A DNA stretch of 64,000 nt from an uncultured delta proteobacterium. Lineage in GTDB: Bacteria; Myxococcota_A; Polyangia; Fen-1088. Shown one piece after another: positions 53,645 to 63,520 of this stretch. Within the stretch, counting starts at the first letter, position 1. The number at the start of each line of letters is the position of its first letter. A program made the translations under genes and the position numbers. The stretch lies in contig CAVTRY010000017.1 in NCBI GenBank assembly GCA_963737265.1, positions 1 through 64,000 of the forward strand, written 5' to 3'. Under the pieces are notes generated by a model. That model was not told the origin of the DNA, ran no database searches, and saw nothing but the letters and a program-made list of their open reading frames with translations.

Positions 53645-56626
53645 ATGATGACCGGCGAAGATCCCGAAAACCAGGCTGACCAGGCGCAGATGACCGCCGA
53701 AGAGTATCGGCAGGTGGGTCACGCGCTCGCGCGTGAAGGGAAGTGGGAGGATCTGGCCGCGCTGTTCATCGAACGCGCGGAAAGCTCAGGCAACGTCGGC
53801 GATCGCGTGCGCTACCTGGTGGACGCCGCCCAGGTGTTCGAGAAAAACCTGGGAGACACCGATCGTGCGTACATTACCTTGCTGGCTGCGTTCCAGGATG
53901 ATCCGTCGAGCGAGGAAGCCGCCACGGAGCTGGCGCGCGTGACCGCGGCGCTTGGCCGTTTTCCCGATCTGCTGGCGGATTGCATGGCGGTGGCGGCGCA
54001 GTTGTCGCCGTCCGAAAAGCAGGCGGCGATGTACGTCGTCATGGCCAACTGGTATCGGGACCACGTCGGTGACCCGGCTTCGTCCGAGCAGGCCATGGAG
54101 GCGGCGCTGGCGGCCGATCCGACCAATCTCGCCGCCTTGCGCTCGCTGGTTGATAGCCGCAAGCTGGCCGGCGACCACCCGCGCGCGGCGGCCTACCTGG
54201 CGAACGCAGCCGGCGCCATGCGCGATGTCGAGCTGCGCGTCCAGCTTGGGCTCGAAGCGGCGGAGATCTACCGTTCGCATCTTGCGGACCGCGACGCGGC
54301 CGGCGAACAGTACCGCCGCGTGCTGGAAGTGGCGCCGGAGAATCGCGCCGCCGCGGAAGCCCTGGGGGAAATCGGCTGGGAACGCAAGGACTGGTCGACG
54401 GTGCTTCCCCTGTTCGAGATGCTGGCGGTAAGTGGAGAGGGTGGGGCGCCAGCGGCGCGCATGTTCCAACGGGCAGGTTGGGCGGCGCAGATGCTGGGTG
54501 ACAACGAACGCGCACGTGCCAACTATCGCAACGCCCACGCGGCGGATGCCAGCTACCTGCCGGCGCTTCTTCGCTGGGCGGCGCTGGCCTTGGCTGAAAA
54601 GTGGTGGCAGGACGCGATCGTGGCGGTGCCGGCGGTTCTGGCCCGCTCGGATGCTGGTCTGACGGCGGAGGAACAAGTCGAGCACCTCGAAGGTCTCGGC
54701 CAGGCGCGGTTGGCGCTTGGCGATGCGGCGGCCGCCGCCGCGGCGTTCACTCAGGCGTTGGCCAGCGCGCCTGACAACACCGCGTGCCGGGAGGGCCTGG
54801 CGCACGCCCACGAGAGGCTCTCGGACGCCGGGCCGGACGCCGCCCGGGCCGTGATCGAACAGCAACGACTGCTGATCGAGGGCGCCGCCAAGCCGGAAGA
54901 GAAGCTCGAGATTCTGGCCGGGATCGCCCGCAGCCAACGCGATTCGCTCGGCGACGTGAACGCGGCGCTGCGGACCTACTTCGAGATGTTGGCGCTCAAG
55001 ACCGACGATCCGGTCACGTTGCACGAGGTGCTGGAGATCCACACCAACGCGCGCGAGTGGCCGCGGGCGGTGGAAATCTTGGAGCGCATGGTGCGCGTCG
55101 AAACCGGCAAGCCGAGGGCGCGCTATCTCGTGGCCATGGGCAACATCCTCAACTACGAGATGGGAGCCACCGAGCGAGCGATCGAGGTCTACAATCTTGT
55201 CCTCGACGAGGATCTGGACGACGAGCGTACCTTCGGGCGCATCGAGCGGCTTCTGACGGCGCAGAACGCCTGGCGCGAGCTGGCGCGCAACTACCGGCGC
55301 ATGATCAAGCGCTTGGGTGCAACGCCGCCGGCGGCGAAGAAAGCCCAGCTGCTCGCCTTGTGGCGGAAGCTCGGCGACGTCTGCCGGCGCCGGCTGCACG
55401 AGCGAGAGTCGGCCGTGGCTGCCTATGAGGTTTGCGCCCAACTGGACCCGGACGACCGCCGCTATCAAGAGGTCCTGGCGGAAACCTACGAGGTGCTGGG
55501 GGCGCCCAAGCTGAACCAGGCCATCAAGGCGCGCGAAGCGCTACTCGAGTCTTCGCCCGACTTCGAGGAAATGGCGAAGCACATCCGTGCGCTGGCGCGC
55601 CTGTTCGGCAAGCACAAGATGTACGACCGGCTGCACTGCACGAGCGCCGCCTTGGTGGCCATGGGGCATGCCATTCCCCAAGAGCAGGCGTTCTACGAGC
55701 GGACGGCAACGCCGGAGATTCCACACGCCTCGGTGCCGTTGGCCGAAAACATGTGGCAGCGTTTCGTGTCGAGCCCACGGCAAGAATGGTGCGTTTCTCA
55801 TGTGCTGGCCCTGGTCAGCGCCGGCGTGGCGATGGCGCGCGCCAAGGACGCGGCGACGCTCGGGCTTAACCCCGCCGAAAAAGTCGATCTGGCGAGCGAT
55901 CAGTCCTCGGTGGGAAAGCTGATAGGCTATGCCAGTCGATTGCTCGGCGTCGCGCTGCCGCCGGTGTACGTATCGTCCCAATTCCAGGGCGAGCTAGAGC
56001 TGCGCATCGTGCTGGAAGGGCAGCAGGTGGTGCCGTCATTCTTGCTTGGGCAGAATCTGCTGGCCGACCGCACGGAAAAGGATCTGGCCTTCTTCCTCGC
56101 CCGGCGCCTGGTTCGCCTGCGCGCCGACCAATTCCTGCTTTCGCCCGAAGCTGTACCGTCGCTCGAGGAGCTGCGCGTGATCGTCGCCGCCGCCGTACAG
56201 CTGGTTCACCCCGAATTCACGCTGGCGGGAACGGACGGGGCATCGGTACGACAATACGTCGGCTACCTTCGCCGGACGGTGCAGCCGCTGACCGTCGCGT
56301 CGGCGACGGCGGCCATCGAACAAATCGTGGTCGAGCCCGGTCGGGTCGATTTGCGCGCGTGGGCCGACGGCGCCAACCAAAGTGCCGACAGAGCCGCGCT
56401 TCTCCTGTGTGGCGACGTCGTCTCCGGGGTTCGAGAGCTGCTGCGTTCGGCGGACGTCCAGAGCCGGGATGTGGAATCGGCGGTCAAGGACCTCATCCGT
56501 TGGAGCGTGTCCGCCGATCACCTCGATCTGCGCGAACAGCTTGGCCTTTCGACCGAGGTGGGCGACGCCCCGCCGGTTCGGCAAGTCGAGCCATTTCCGC
56601 GTCGGCCGGTGCGGCCAGCGGAGTAG
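53645..56626 (+). CDS. Large TPR-repeat protein (myxobacterial type)
   Basis: GGAGG RBS; repeated helical TPR units; C-terminal ADRAALLLCGD domain. Confidence 0.75.
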   Translation: MMTGEDPENQADQAQMTAEEYRQVGHALAREGKWEDLAALFIERAESSGNVGDRVRYLVDAAQVFEKNLGDTDRAYITLLAAFQDDPSSEEAATELARVTAALGRFPDLLADCMAVAAQLSPSEKQAAMYVVMANWYRDHVGDPASSEQAMEAALAADPTNLAALRSLVDSRKLAGDHPRAAAYLANAAGAMRDVELRVQLGLEAAEIYRSHLADRDAAGEQYRRVLEVAPENRAAAEALGEIGWERKDWSTVLPLFEMLAVSGEGGAPAARMFQRAGWAAQMLGDNERARANYRNAHAADASYLPALLRWAALALAEKWWQDAIVAVPAVLARSDAGLTAEEQVEHLEGLGQARLALGDAAAAAAAFTQALASAPDNTACREGLAHAHERLSDAGPDAARAVIEQQRLLIEGAAKPEEKLEILAGIARSQRDSLGDVNAALRTYFEMLALKTDDPVTLHEVLEIHTNAREWPRAVEILERMVRVETGKPRARYLVAMGNILNYEMGATERAIEVYNLVLDEDLDDERTFGRIERLLTAQNAWRELARNYRRMIKRLGATPPAAKKAQLLALWRKLGDVCRRRLHERESAVAAYEVCAQLDPDDRRYQEVLAETYEVLGAPKLNQAIKAREALLESSPDFEEMAKHIRALARLFGKHKMYDRLHCTSAALVAMGHAIPQEQAFYERTATPEIPHASVPLAENMWQRFVSSPRQEWCVSHVLALVSAGVAMARAKDAATLGLNPAEKVDLASDQSSVGKLIGYASRLLGVALPPVYVSSQFQGELELRIVLEGQQVVPSFLLGQNLLADRTEKDLAFFLARRLVRLRADQFLLSPEAVPSLEELRVIVAAAVQLVHPEFTLAGTDGASVRQYVGYLRRTVQPLTVASATAAIEQIVVEPGRVDLRAWADGANQSADRAALLLCGDVVSGVRELLRSADVQSRDVESAVKDLIRWSVSADHLDLREQLGLSTEVGDAPPVRQVEPFPRRPVRPAE

Positions 56627-56689
56627 TGGCAGTCGGTCTGGCGCGGGAAATGGACGCCGGCTCGTGCGGCGGCTAAGGTCGACGCTAAA

Positions 56690-58300
56690 GTGGCCGGCAC
56701 GCTCCGTTCATCCGCCAACGTCAGCTTGGCGATCCTCGCATCGCGGGTGCTCGGCGTTGCGCGCGATTCCATCTTCGCGCGCGTCTTCGGGGTGAGCGCC
56801 CTGACCGACGCGTACGTGGCGGCGTTTCGAATTCCCAACCTGCTGCGCGACTTGTTCGCGGAAGGAGCGCTGTCGAGCGCCTTCGTGCCGACCTTCAGCG
56901 ACGCCATGGCCAAGGGCGGGCGAGAGCGGGCCTATCGGCTCGGCAACCTCGTTTTGGGCGGTATCCTGCTGGTCACGGGGACGATCACTCTGGCCGGCTT
57001 GGTCTGGGCCGATGCCATCATCTCGCTCATTACGCGCGGCTTCGCTGGCAACGCCAGCCAAGTGGCGACGGGCGGCCTCCTAGCCCAGATCATGATGCCG
57101 ATCCTGACCTTCGTCAGCGTCAGCGCCGTGTGGATGGGCATGCTGAACGCCCAGCAGCGCTATCTCGCCCCGGCCTACGCGCCCGCCATGTTCAACGTCA
57201 CCAGCATCGCCTGCGGTGTGGTGCTGCTCGTTCTCCATTGCTCCGAGCGCACCGGAATCATCGTCTGGAGCTCTGGCACCGCGGTGGCGGGCCTGGTTCA
57301 AGCCGTGGTGCAACTTCCCAGCCTCCGCCGGCTCGGCTACCGCGTGCGGCCCACCTTGGCTGGGTTGCTACGCGACGTGGACGTCCGGCGCATCGTGCGC
57401 TTGATGGGTCCCGCCACGGTCGGCCTGGCCGCGATTCAGATCAATGTTTTCGTCAACACCCAGTACGCGGCGGCCCTGGGCAGCGGGCCGCTGACCTATT
57501 TGCAGAACGCTTTTCGTCTGTTCTATCTCCCCGTCGGCCTGTTTGGCGTCGCGCTCGCCACGGTGACGACGGCGCGGGCATCCGCCGAGGCGGCGCGTGG
57601 CGACCGTGAGGCATTGATCGACCGCGTGTCCGACGGCGCGCGCGGCGTGTGGCTTTTGGCTTTGCCCTCGGCGGTGGGGCTGGTGGTGCTTGCCAAGCCG
57701 GTCGTGCAGCTGCTTTTTCAAGGCGGCAAGTTTCTGCCCGTGCACACAGCGGCAACCGTGCCGATCGTTCAGGCCTACATGCTGGGGGTGTTGCCCTACA
57801 GCCTGGTGAAGGTTTTCGCGCCGGCTTTCTTCGCCGTCGACCGGCCGCGCATTCCCATGATCGCGTCGCTGTCGGCCGTCGTCGCCAATCTCATCTTCAA
57901 CAGCTTGACCTACCGCCTGCTGGGTGCGGCCGGGCTGGCGCTGGGCACAACCGTGGCCGCGCTGGTAAACCTTTGCATTTTGCGCTTGTGGTTTGGCCGC
58001 GTGCTGGGACGGCCGGGCAAGCCCGGGTGGCTGCGCGATATCGCGCTGATGGTTGTGGCAAACGCCGTGCTCGCGCTCGTGGCCCTGGGGGTGTGGGCAG
58101 GCGCCATGCGCGCGCTGGCGGCACTTCCCGTGGTTTGGCCGAGAGGCACCTTTCGCATCGTCCACGGCATCGTGCTGCTGGCCACGATTGGCATCGGTTT
58201 CTCGACCTACGTCGCCTGTCTTCGCCTCTTCCGGCTGCGCGGGGCGGATGAGCTGTGGAATCTGCCCCGCAAGGCGCTGCGGCGCCTCGTCTCTCGCTAG
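56690..58300 (+). CDS. murJ: Lipid II flippase MurJ
   Basis: SRVLGVARD, AFRIPNLLRDLFAEGALSSAFVP, LPVGLFG. Confidence 0.95.
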   Translation: MAGTLRSSANVSLAILASRVLGVARDSIFARVFGVSALTDAYVAAFRIPNLLRDLFAEGALSSAFVPTFSDAMAKGGRERAYRLGNLVLGGILLVTGTITLAGLVWADAIISLITRGFAGNASQVATGGLLAQIMMPILTFVSVSAVWMGMLNAQQRYLAPAYAPAMFNVTSIACGVVLLVLHCSERTGIIVWSSGTAVAGLVQAVVQLPSLRRLGYRVRPTLAGLLRDVDVRRIVRLMGPATVGLAAIQINVFVNTQYAAALGSGPLTYLQNAFRLFYLPVGLFGVALATVTTARASAEAARGDREALIDRVSDGARGVWLLALPSAVGLVVLAKPVVQLLFQGGKFLPVHTAATVPIVQAYMLGVLPYSLVKVFAPAFFAVDRPRIPMIASLSAVVANLIFNSLTYRLLGAAGLALGTTVAALVNLCILRLWFGRVLGRPGKPGWLRDIALMVVANAVLALVALGVWAGAMRALAALPVVWPRGTFRIVHGIVLLATIGIGFSTYVACLRLFRLRGADELWNLPRKALRRLVSR

Positions 58301-58366
58301 CCGGTCTCCTCTCTCCCTGCGAACAGGGCGCCTGGTTGCCCAACTCGCAGCATCTCTGACGAGCCC

Positions 58367-59011
58367 TTACTTCCGCTTCTGGCGCGGTCCTGGCCGGGCA
58401 AAAAAGGCCACCTTTTCCAAGGCAACGGTCATGTCGATGTTTTCGATGTGAATTCTTTCGTGCATTCGTAAACAAACCGGGGCGAAATTCAAGATGCCGG
58501 TGACTCCCGCGGCGACCAGGTGCTCGGCCGCCTGCTGGGCCTGCTCCGCGGGCACCGTGATGATGGCGACGTCGATGCCCTTTTCCTCGATCACATCCGG
58601 CATCTGGCGAACCGAGTAGCAGTGCACGTCGCTGAAACTAAGACCAATTTTGTCCAGATCGACGTCGAACGCCGCCACGAGGTGGATCTTGGGCGAACGG
58701 TTGGCGAGGAAGGCCGCGATGGCGCGGCCGAGGTATCCCATGCCGACGATGGCGACCGCGCGGGCTTCTTGCGGATCGAGAAATGCCGCGAGGGAAGTCA
58801 GCAGCCGCTTGACGTCGTAGCCGCTGTTTGGGTTTCCGCTGTAGCCGATGGCCATCAGATCGCGGCGCACTTGCGCCGCCGTCAGCTGGCAAGCATGCGC
58901 AAGTTGATGAGAGAAGACACTTGGACCAAAGTCTTGTCGGCCCTGCAAAAGCGCGCGCCGGTAGATGCTCAGACGCTCGACACTGCGAGTGGAGATTCTT
59001 CGTTTCTTCAT
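58367..59011 (-). CDS. rex: Redox-sensing transcriptional repressor Rex
   Basis: RLSIYRR, QVRRDL, GY.V, VGMGYLG, GILNFAP. Confidence 0.93.
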   Translation of the reverse strand: MKKRRISTRSVERLSIYRRALLQGRQDFGPSVFSHQLAHACQLTAAQVRRDLMAIGYSGNPNSGYDVKRLLTSLAAFLDPQEARAVAIVGMGYLGRAIAAFLANRSPKIHLVAAFDVDLDKIGLSFSDVHCYSVRQMPDVIEEKGIDVAIITVPAEQAQQAAEHLVAAGVTGILNFAPVCLRMHERIHIENIDMTVALEKVAFFARPGPRQKRK

Positions 59012-59195
59012 CGTTCGAGTCGTGCCTCAAGACCCGCCGGATCAGGCGGAAAGTGACAGGGGATATATCGTACCTGGCTCCTCTGCTGAGCGACAATTAC
59101 ATCTCCCCAAAGACGACAGCTACGTCGCCCCGCTTTGAGGCGCGACGGTGACCGTGAGGTAGACCTCCAAGCCCGCAAGCGGGCAGGAGGCACCT

Positions 59196-60695
59196 TTGAA
59201 GCCGGTCACCGACGCCCAAGTGAGGCGTTTGATGGAAGAGATGAGCAAGATTGGAAAAGTAGGCCAGGCCGCCATGAAGGCGGGCATGGACCGGAAGACA
59301 GGGCGGCGATACATCGCCGCGGGCAAGCTACCGTCGGAGCTACGGCAGCCGCGGTGGTGGCGGACGCGCCCTGACGCGTTCGCCGAGGACTGGCCAGCCG
59401 TGGCCAAGTTGCTGGAGGAAACGCCTGGGCTGGAGGCTCAGACGGTGCTGGAGCTGCTGGAGGCGAAGCAGCCAGGGCGGTACAACGAGAGCCATCTTCG
59501 GACAATGCAGCGGCGAATCCGTCGCTGGCGGGCCGAGCATGGTCCTGCGCGTGAGATTTGGTTCACGCAGGCGCATCGGCCCGGTGAAGCCGCGCAAACC
59601 GACTTCACGTCGACGGCGGAGCTTGGTGTGACGATCGTGGGCCAGCTATTTGTGCACCTTTTGTGCGTGACGGTGCTGCCGTACTCGAACTGGCAATGGG
59701 CGACCGCGTGTCTGTCGGAGTCTCTGGCAGCGCTTCGGCGAGGGATCCAGTCGGCGCTGTTCCAGCTTGGGCGGGTGCCGCGATACCACCAAACCGACCA
59801 CTCGACGGCGGCGACACATCAGATCGCTCGCGATGCGGAAGATCGCACTTTCAACGATGAATACAAGGCGGTCATGCGGCACCTCGGAATGGAGCCACGA
59901 ACTACAGCCGTCGGGGCCAAGGAACAAAACGGCGATGTGGAGGCCAGCAACGGCGCGCTCAAGCGTCGGCTTGAACAAGCGTTGCTGGTGCGTGGCAGCC
60001 GCGACTTCGCGGACCAAGACGACTACGAACGCTTCGTAGCCAAGGTGGTCCGCAAAGCCAACGCTTCGCGAGGCCCGCGCGTCGCCGAGGAGATCGAAGC
60101 CATGCGGCCGCTGGTGGTGGAGCGTTTGCCGGAGTACGCAGAAATGACGGCACCTGTGGCGTCGACGAGCACCATCCGGGTCAAGTCGTGCGCCTACTCG
60201 GTGCCGTCGAGGCTGATCGGCGCACGGGTGAGAGTCCGCGTGTTCGAGCACCGAATCGAGGTGTACTACGCCGACAACTTGGAATTGGCCTGCGACAGGC
60301 TGCGAGGCAAGACCGCGCGCATCGACTACCGGCACGTCATCTGGTCTTTGGTGCGCAAGCCGGGCGCGTTTTCTCGCTACGTCTACCGAGAAGAGCTGTT
60401 TCCAAGCGTGACTTTCAGGCGGGCATACGACGCGATCCAGGCGACCAAGCCTGGAATCAAAGGCGACGTTGAATACCTGCGCATTCTTCACCTGGCCGCC
60501 AGCACGATGGAAGCCGATGTCGAGCAAGCGCTCACGACTCTGCTTGCCGATGGGACCATCTTGACGGCGGATGCAACCAAGAAGAGATGCACACAGGCGA
60601 CGGACAGTACCTATCCACCGAGCGTCCCCGCGCTCGAAGCACCGCTGGTCGATCTCGCGTCCTACGACCTGCTCCTCGAACAGGTGGCATCATGA
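59196..60695 (+). CDS. istA: IS21 DDE transposase
   Basis: RTRPDAF, QTDFT, QTDH, GDVEASN, YSVPSRLIG. Confidence 0.95.
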   Translation: MKPVTDAQVRRLMEEMSKIGKVGQAAMKAGMDRKTGRRYIAAGKLPSELRQPRWWRTRPDAFAEDWPAVAKLLEETPGLEAQTVLELLEAKQPGRYNESHLRTMQRRIRRWRAEHGPAREIWFTQAHRPGEAAQTDFTSTAELGVTIVGQLFVHLLCVTVLPYSNWQWATACLSESLAALRRGIQSALFQLGRVPRYHQTDHSTAATHQIARDAEDRTFNDEYKAVMRHLGMEPRTTAVGAKEQNGDVEASNGALKRRLEQALLVRGSRDFADQDDYERFVAKVVRKANASRGPRVAEEIEAMRPLVVERLPEYAEMTAPVASTSTIRVKSCAYSVPSRLIGARVRVRVFEHRIEVYYADNLELACDRLRGKTARIDYRHVIWSLVRKPGAFSRYVYREELFPSVTFRRAYDAIQATKPGIKGDVEYLRILHLAASTMEADVEQALTTLLADGTILTADATKKRCTQATDSTYPPSVPALEAPLVDLASYDLLLEQVAS

Positions 60696-61540
60696 CCAAC
60701 GTCTCCGTAGACACGGTCAAGCCGAGCGCGCTCGACGCTCTGCTGGTGCTTCTGCGCGCGCTCAAGCTGCCTGCCTTCACCCGGCACGCCGAGGAGATCG
60801 CGATCAAGGCCAGCCGCGAGGGGTGGACCTTCAGCCAATACCTCCAGCACCTGGCCGAACTGGAAATCGAAGAGCGCCGAACCCGTCGCATCGATCGCGC
60901 GCTTCGCGATTCGGACCTTCCCACGGAGAAAACCCTGGCCACCCTGGAACGTGGTCGGCTGTCACCCAAGGTGATGAAGCAGATGGCGAGCCTGTGTGAG
61001 GGTGGCTTTGTCGAACGTGGGGAGAACCTGCTCGTCTTCGGACTGCCCGGCCGAGGCAAAAGTCACGTTGTGGCTGCCATCGGCCACGAACTCATCCGGC
61101 GCGGCTACCGGGTCCTCTTCACGCCGACCTTCGCGCTTGTCCAGAGGCTGCTGGCCGCCAAGCGCGACCTTCGCCTGGAACGAGAACTGGCCGCGCTCGA
61201 CATCTATCACGCCGTGATCCTCGACGACATCGGCTACGTCCAGCAGAGCCGCGATGAAATGGAGGTCCTTTTCACCTTCCTGGCCGAGCGGTACGAACGC
61301 AAGAGCGTCCTCATCACCAGCAACCTGGTCTTCAGCGATTGGATCCGCATTTTCAAGGATCCCATGACCACCGCCGCCGCCATCGACCGACTGGTCCACC
61401 ACGCGGTCATCCTTGAGATGACCGGCCCCAGCTACCGCAGCGAAGAAGCACGAAAGAGAGGCGTCACCACCCCAGCGACAACTACGACAACTACCGATCA
61501 ACCAACGACAACTACCCCCGACAACAATGGGGCGATGTAA
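60692..61540 (+). CDS. istB: IS21 helper AAA+ ATPase
   Basis: GLPGRGKSH, ILDDIGY, ITSNL, AAAIDRLVHH; ATGA overlap with istA. Confidence 0.95.
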   Translation: MTNVSVDTVKPSALDALLVLLRALKLPAFTRHAEEIAIKASREGWTFSQYLQHLAELEIEERRTRRIDRALRDSDLPTEKTLATLERGRLSPKVMKQMASLCEGGFVERGENLLVFGLPGRGKSHVVAAIGHELIRRGYRVLFTPTFALVQRLLAAKRDLRLERELAALDIYHAVILDDIGYVQQSRDEMEVLFTFLAERYERKSVLITSNLVFSDWIRIFKDPMTTAAAIDRLVHHAVILEMTGPSYRSEEARKRGVTTPATTTTTTDQPTTTTPDNNGAM

Positions 61541-61706
61541 TTGACGTCACCGGGTGAATGTAGTTGACGTCCAGCACTCCTCCGATTTTACAAAACCGGA
61601 AGACAGTTGCGGCCAGGTTAGGCGCCGCAAGCGTTCCCGCGCTGGGCCTCCGACACGACCGCTGGTGAAATCGTCGCGCTACGCGAAGAATCTCGGAAGC
61701 AGTAGA

Positions 61707-62300
61707 TCAGCGCCGCAGGCCGAGGAGGCGCGGAAGATCCGACAAAGCAGTCTCGAGGGTGACGGCTTCTTCGAATTCCCGCACCCGCAAGGCTTCGACG
61801 TCCTCGGTCCGGCTGGCTAGCAGGCGGGCCCTGTCCACGGCCTGGCGCATGGTGGAGTCGTCGATCCAGTTGCTCGGATCTCCGTCGAGCTGAATCGCAG
61901 CGGGCGTCTCGGCCAGAGCGGGCTCCGTGCGCGGCGCGGTCATTGGGACGCCGCTTACCGGGGTGAAGCGCGCCGGGGTCGCCTTGCGTCCTAGCAGCGT
62001 TTCGAGGGTGTTTCGGCATTCCGGGGCCACCTGAAGAAATTGCACGCCCATGCCGTGCGCGCGCTGAGGTTCCTCTGGATTGAACTCGCGGACCCACGTC
62101 ACCCGGCCGGTGCCCCACAGCAGCGGCGGTCCTTTGATGATGGCGATTTCGAAGCGGATGACTGCGCCGACCGCATGGGGATTGCGGCTGGAAAGGAAGA
62201 TTCCCCCGCGGGTCACGTTGGGGGCGAAGCGCTGGATGAAGGTGTCTTCATCGGGATAGCGAAGATGGATGCGGACGAGCGGGGCGTCTGGGGTCGACAC
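61707..62300 (-). CDS. TIGR02266-family PilZ-like protein
   Basis: F...NVTRGGIFL...GRVTWVR...GMGVQF. Confidence 0.8.
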   Translation of the reverse strand: MSTPDAPLVRIHLRYPDEDTFIQRFAPNVTRGGIFLSSRNPHAVGAVIRFEIAIIKGPPLLWGTGRVTWVREFNPEEPQRAHGMGVQFLQVAPECRNTLETLLGRKATPARFTPVSGVPMTAPRTEPALAETPAAIQLDGDPSNWIDDSTMRQAVDRARLLASRTEDVEALRVREFEEAVTLETALSDLPRLLGLRR

Positions 62301-62850
62301 GGCGAGGGAGTATCGGACGGTCGGGGGCGTGGGTCAACCCACGACCGTGGCGCGGGTGCTTCCCTGAAATGGGGGCTGGGGCTTCACCTCGCCCCGCGCA
62401 GGTGGGATCGGAGGGAAAAACAGGGAGGAACGGAGGACCAGAGGGATCACGGGTTGGGTTGACGAGGCGGCGGAGACCCTCGCGAAGTACGGGGACGTGG
62501 AAATTGACGAGCAGGCCAACCGGCAGTCGTAGGAGCTTGAGATAGGTAATGACCTGTGCCAAGTGGACAGGAAGCAACTGCTCTACCGCCTTGACTTCGA
62601 CGACCAAACGGCCTTCCACCATGAGGTCGAGGCGATAGCCGCAGTCGAGGTCAATGCCTTTGTACTGCAGAGGAATCGCGACCTGACGTTGCGTGCGAAA
62701 TCCACGCAGGCCTAGCTCGCGCGCCAGGCAGTGCTCGTAGGCCGACTCAAGCAGCCCGGGACCGAGGTGACGGTGGACTTCGATGCAGGCGGCGATAATT
62801 TGCCCAGTAAAGTCATGCTGTCTCTGATTCTCCGTTCCTCGCTGTTCCAT
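62248..62850 (-). CDS. GxxExxY protein (PD-(D/E)XK nuclease fold); reads through the element end
   Basis: [47 protein letters not shown]. Confidence 0.9.
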   Translation of the reverse strand: MEQRGTENQRQHDFTGQIIAACIEVHRHLGPGLLESAYEHCLARELGLRGFRTQRQVAIPLQYKGIDLDCGYRLDLMVEGRLVVEVKAVEQLLPVHLAQVITYLKLLRLPVGLLVNFHVPVLREGLRRLVNPTRDPSGPPFLPVFPSDPTCAGRGEAPAPISGKHPRHGRGLTHAPDRPILPRRVDPRRPARPHPSSLSR

Positions 62851-62931
62851 ATCTGCGTTTTCGGCGGCACTCCGCCAAAAGTTGCTACCTCACCGAGCCG
62901 CCGGCTGGGCCCCCGTTTCAGGGATGCACCC
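62354..62931. mobile_element. TIR-bounded GxxExxY element, copy A (578 bp)
   Basis: 23-bp TIRs (21/23 match); CCGTGGCGC at 62345 and 62932. Confidence 0.85.
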
Positions 62932-62940
62932 CCGTGGCGC

Positions 62941-63520
62941 GGGTGCTTCCCTGAAATGGGGGCTGGGGCTTCACCTCGCCCCGCGCAGGTGGGATCGGAG
63001 GGAAAAACAGGGAGGAACGGAGGACCAGAGGAATCACGGGTTGGGTTGACGAGGCGGCGGAGACCCTCGCGAAGTACGGGGACGTGGAAATTGACGAGCA
63101 GGCCCACCGGCAGTCGTAGGAGCTTGAGATAGGTAATGACCTGCGCCAAGTGGACAGGAAGCAACTGCTCTACCGCCTTGACTTCGACGACCAAACGGCC
63201 TTCCACCATGAGGTCGAGGCGATAGCCGCAGTCGAGGTCAATGCCTTTGTACTGCAGAGGAATCGCGACCCTGACGTTGCGTGCGAAATCCACGCAGGCC
63301 TAGCTCGCGCGCCAGGCAGTGCTCGTAGGCCGACTCAAGCAGCCCGGGACCGAGGTGACGGTGGACTTCGATGCAGGCGGCGATAATTTGCCCAGTAAAG
63401 TCATCCTGTCTCTGTTTCTCCGTTCCTCGCTGTTCCAGATCTGCGTTTTCGGCGGCACTCCGCCAGAAGTTGCTACCTCACCGAGCCCCCGGCTGGGGCC
63501 CCCGTTTCAGGGAGGCACCC
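62941..63520. mobile_element. TIR-bounded GxxExxY element, copy B (580 bp); gene has a +1 frameshift at ~63270 and ATG>CTG
   Basis: About 98% identical to copy A; CCGTGGCGC at 62932 and 63521. Confidence 0.85.

Larger units (their letters stand above)
59084..61576 (+). mobile_element. Complete IS21-family insertion sequence
   Basis: TG...CA ends with repeated imperfect IRs (TGCTGAGCGACAATTACAT / rc TGCTGGACGTCAACTACAT); CTCCTC duplicated at 59078 and 61577. Confidence 0.95.

Noticed and set aside
61460-61525. ACAACT-like repeats at the istB 3' end
   Set aside because: Low-complexity Thr-rich coding tail, not an array
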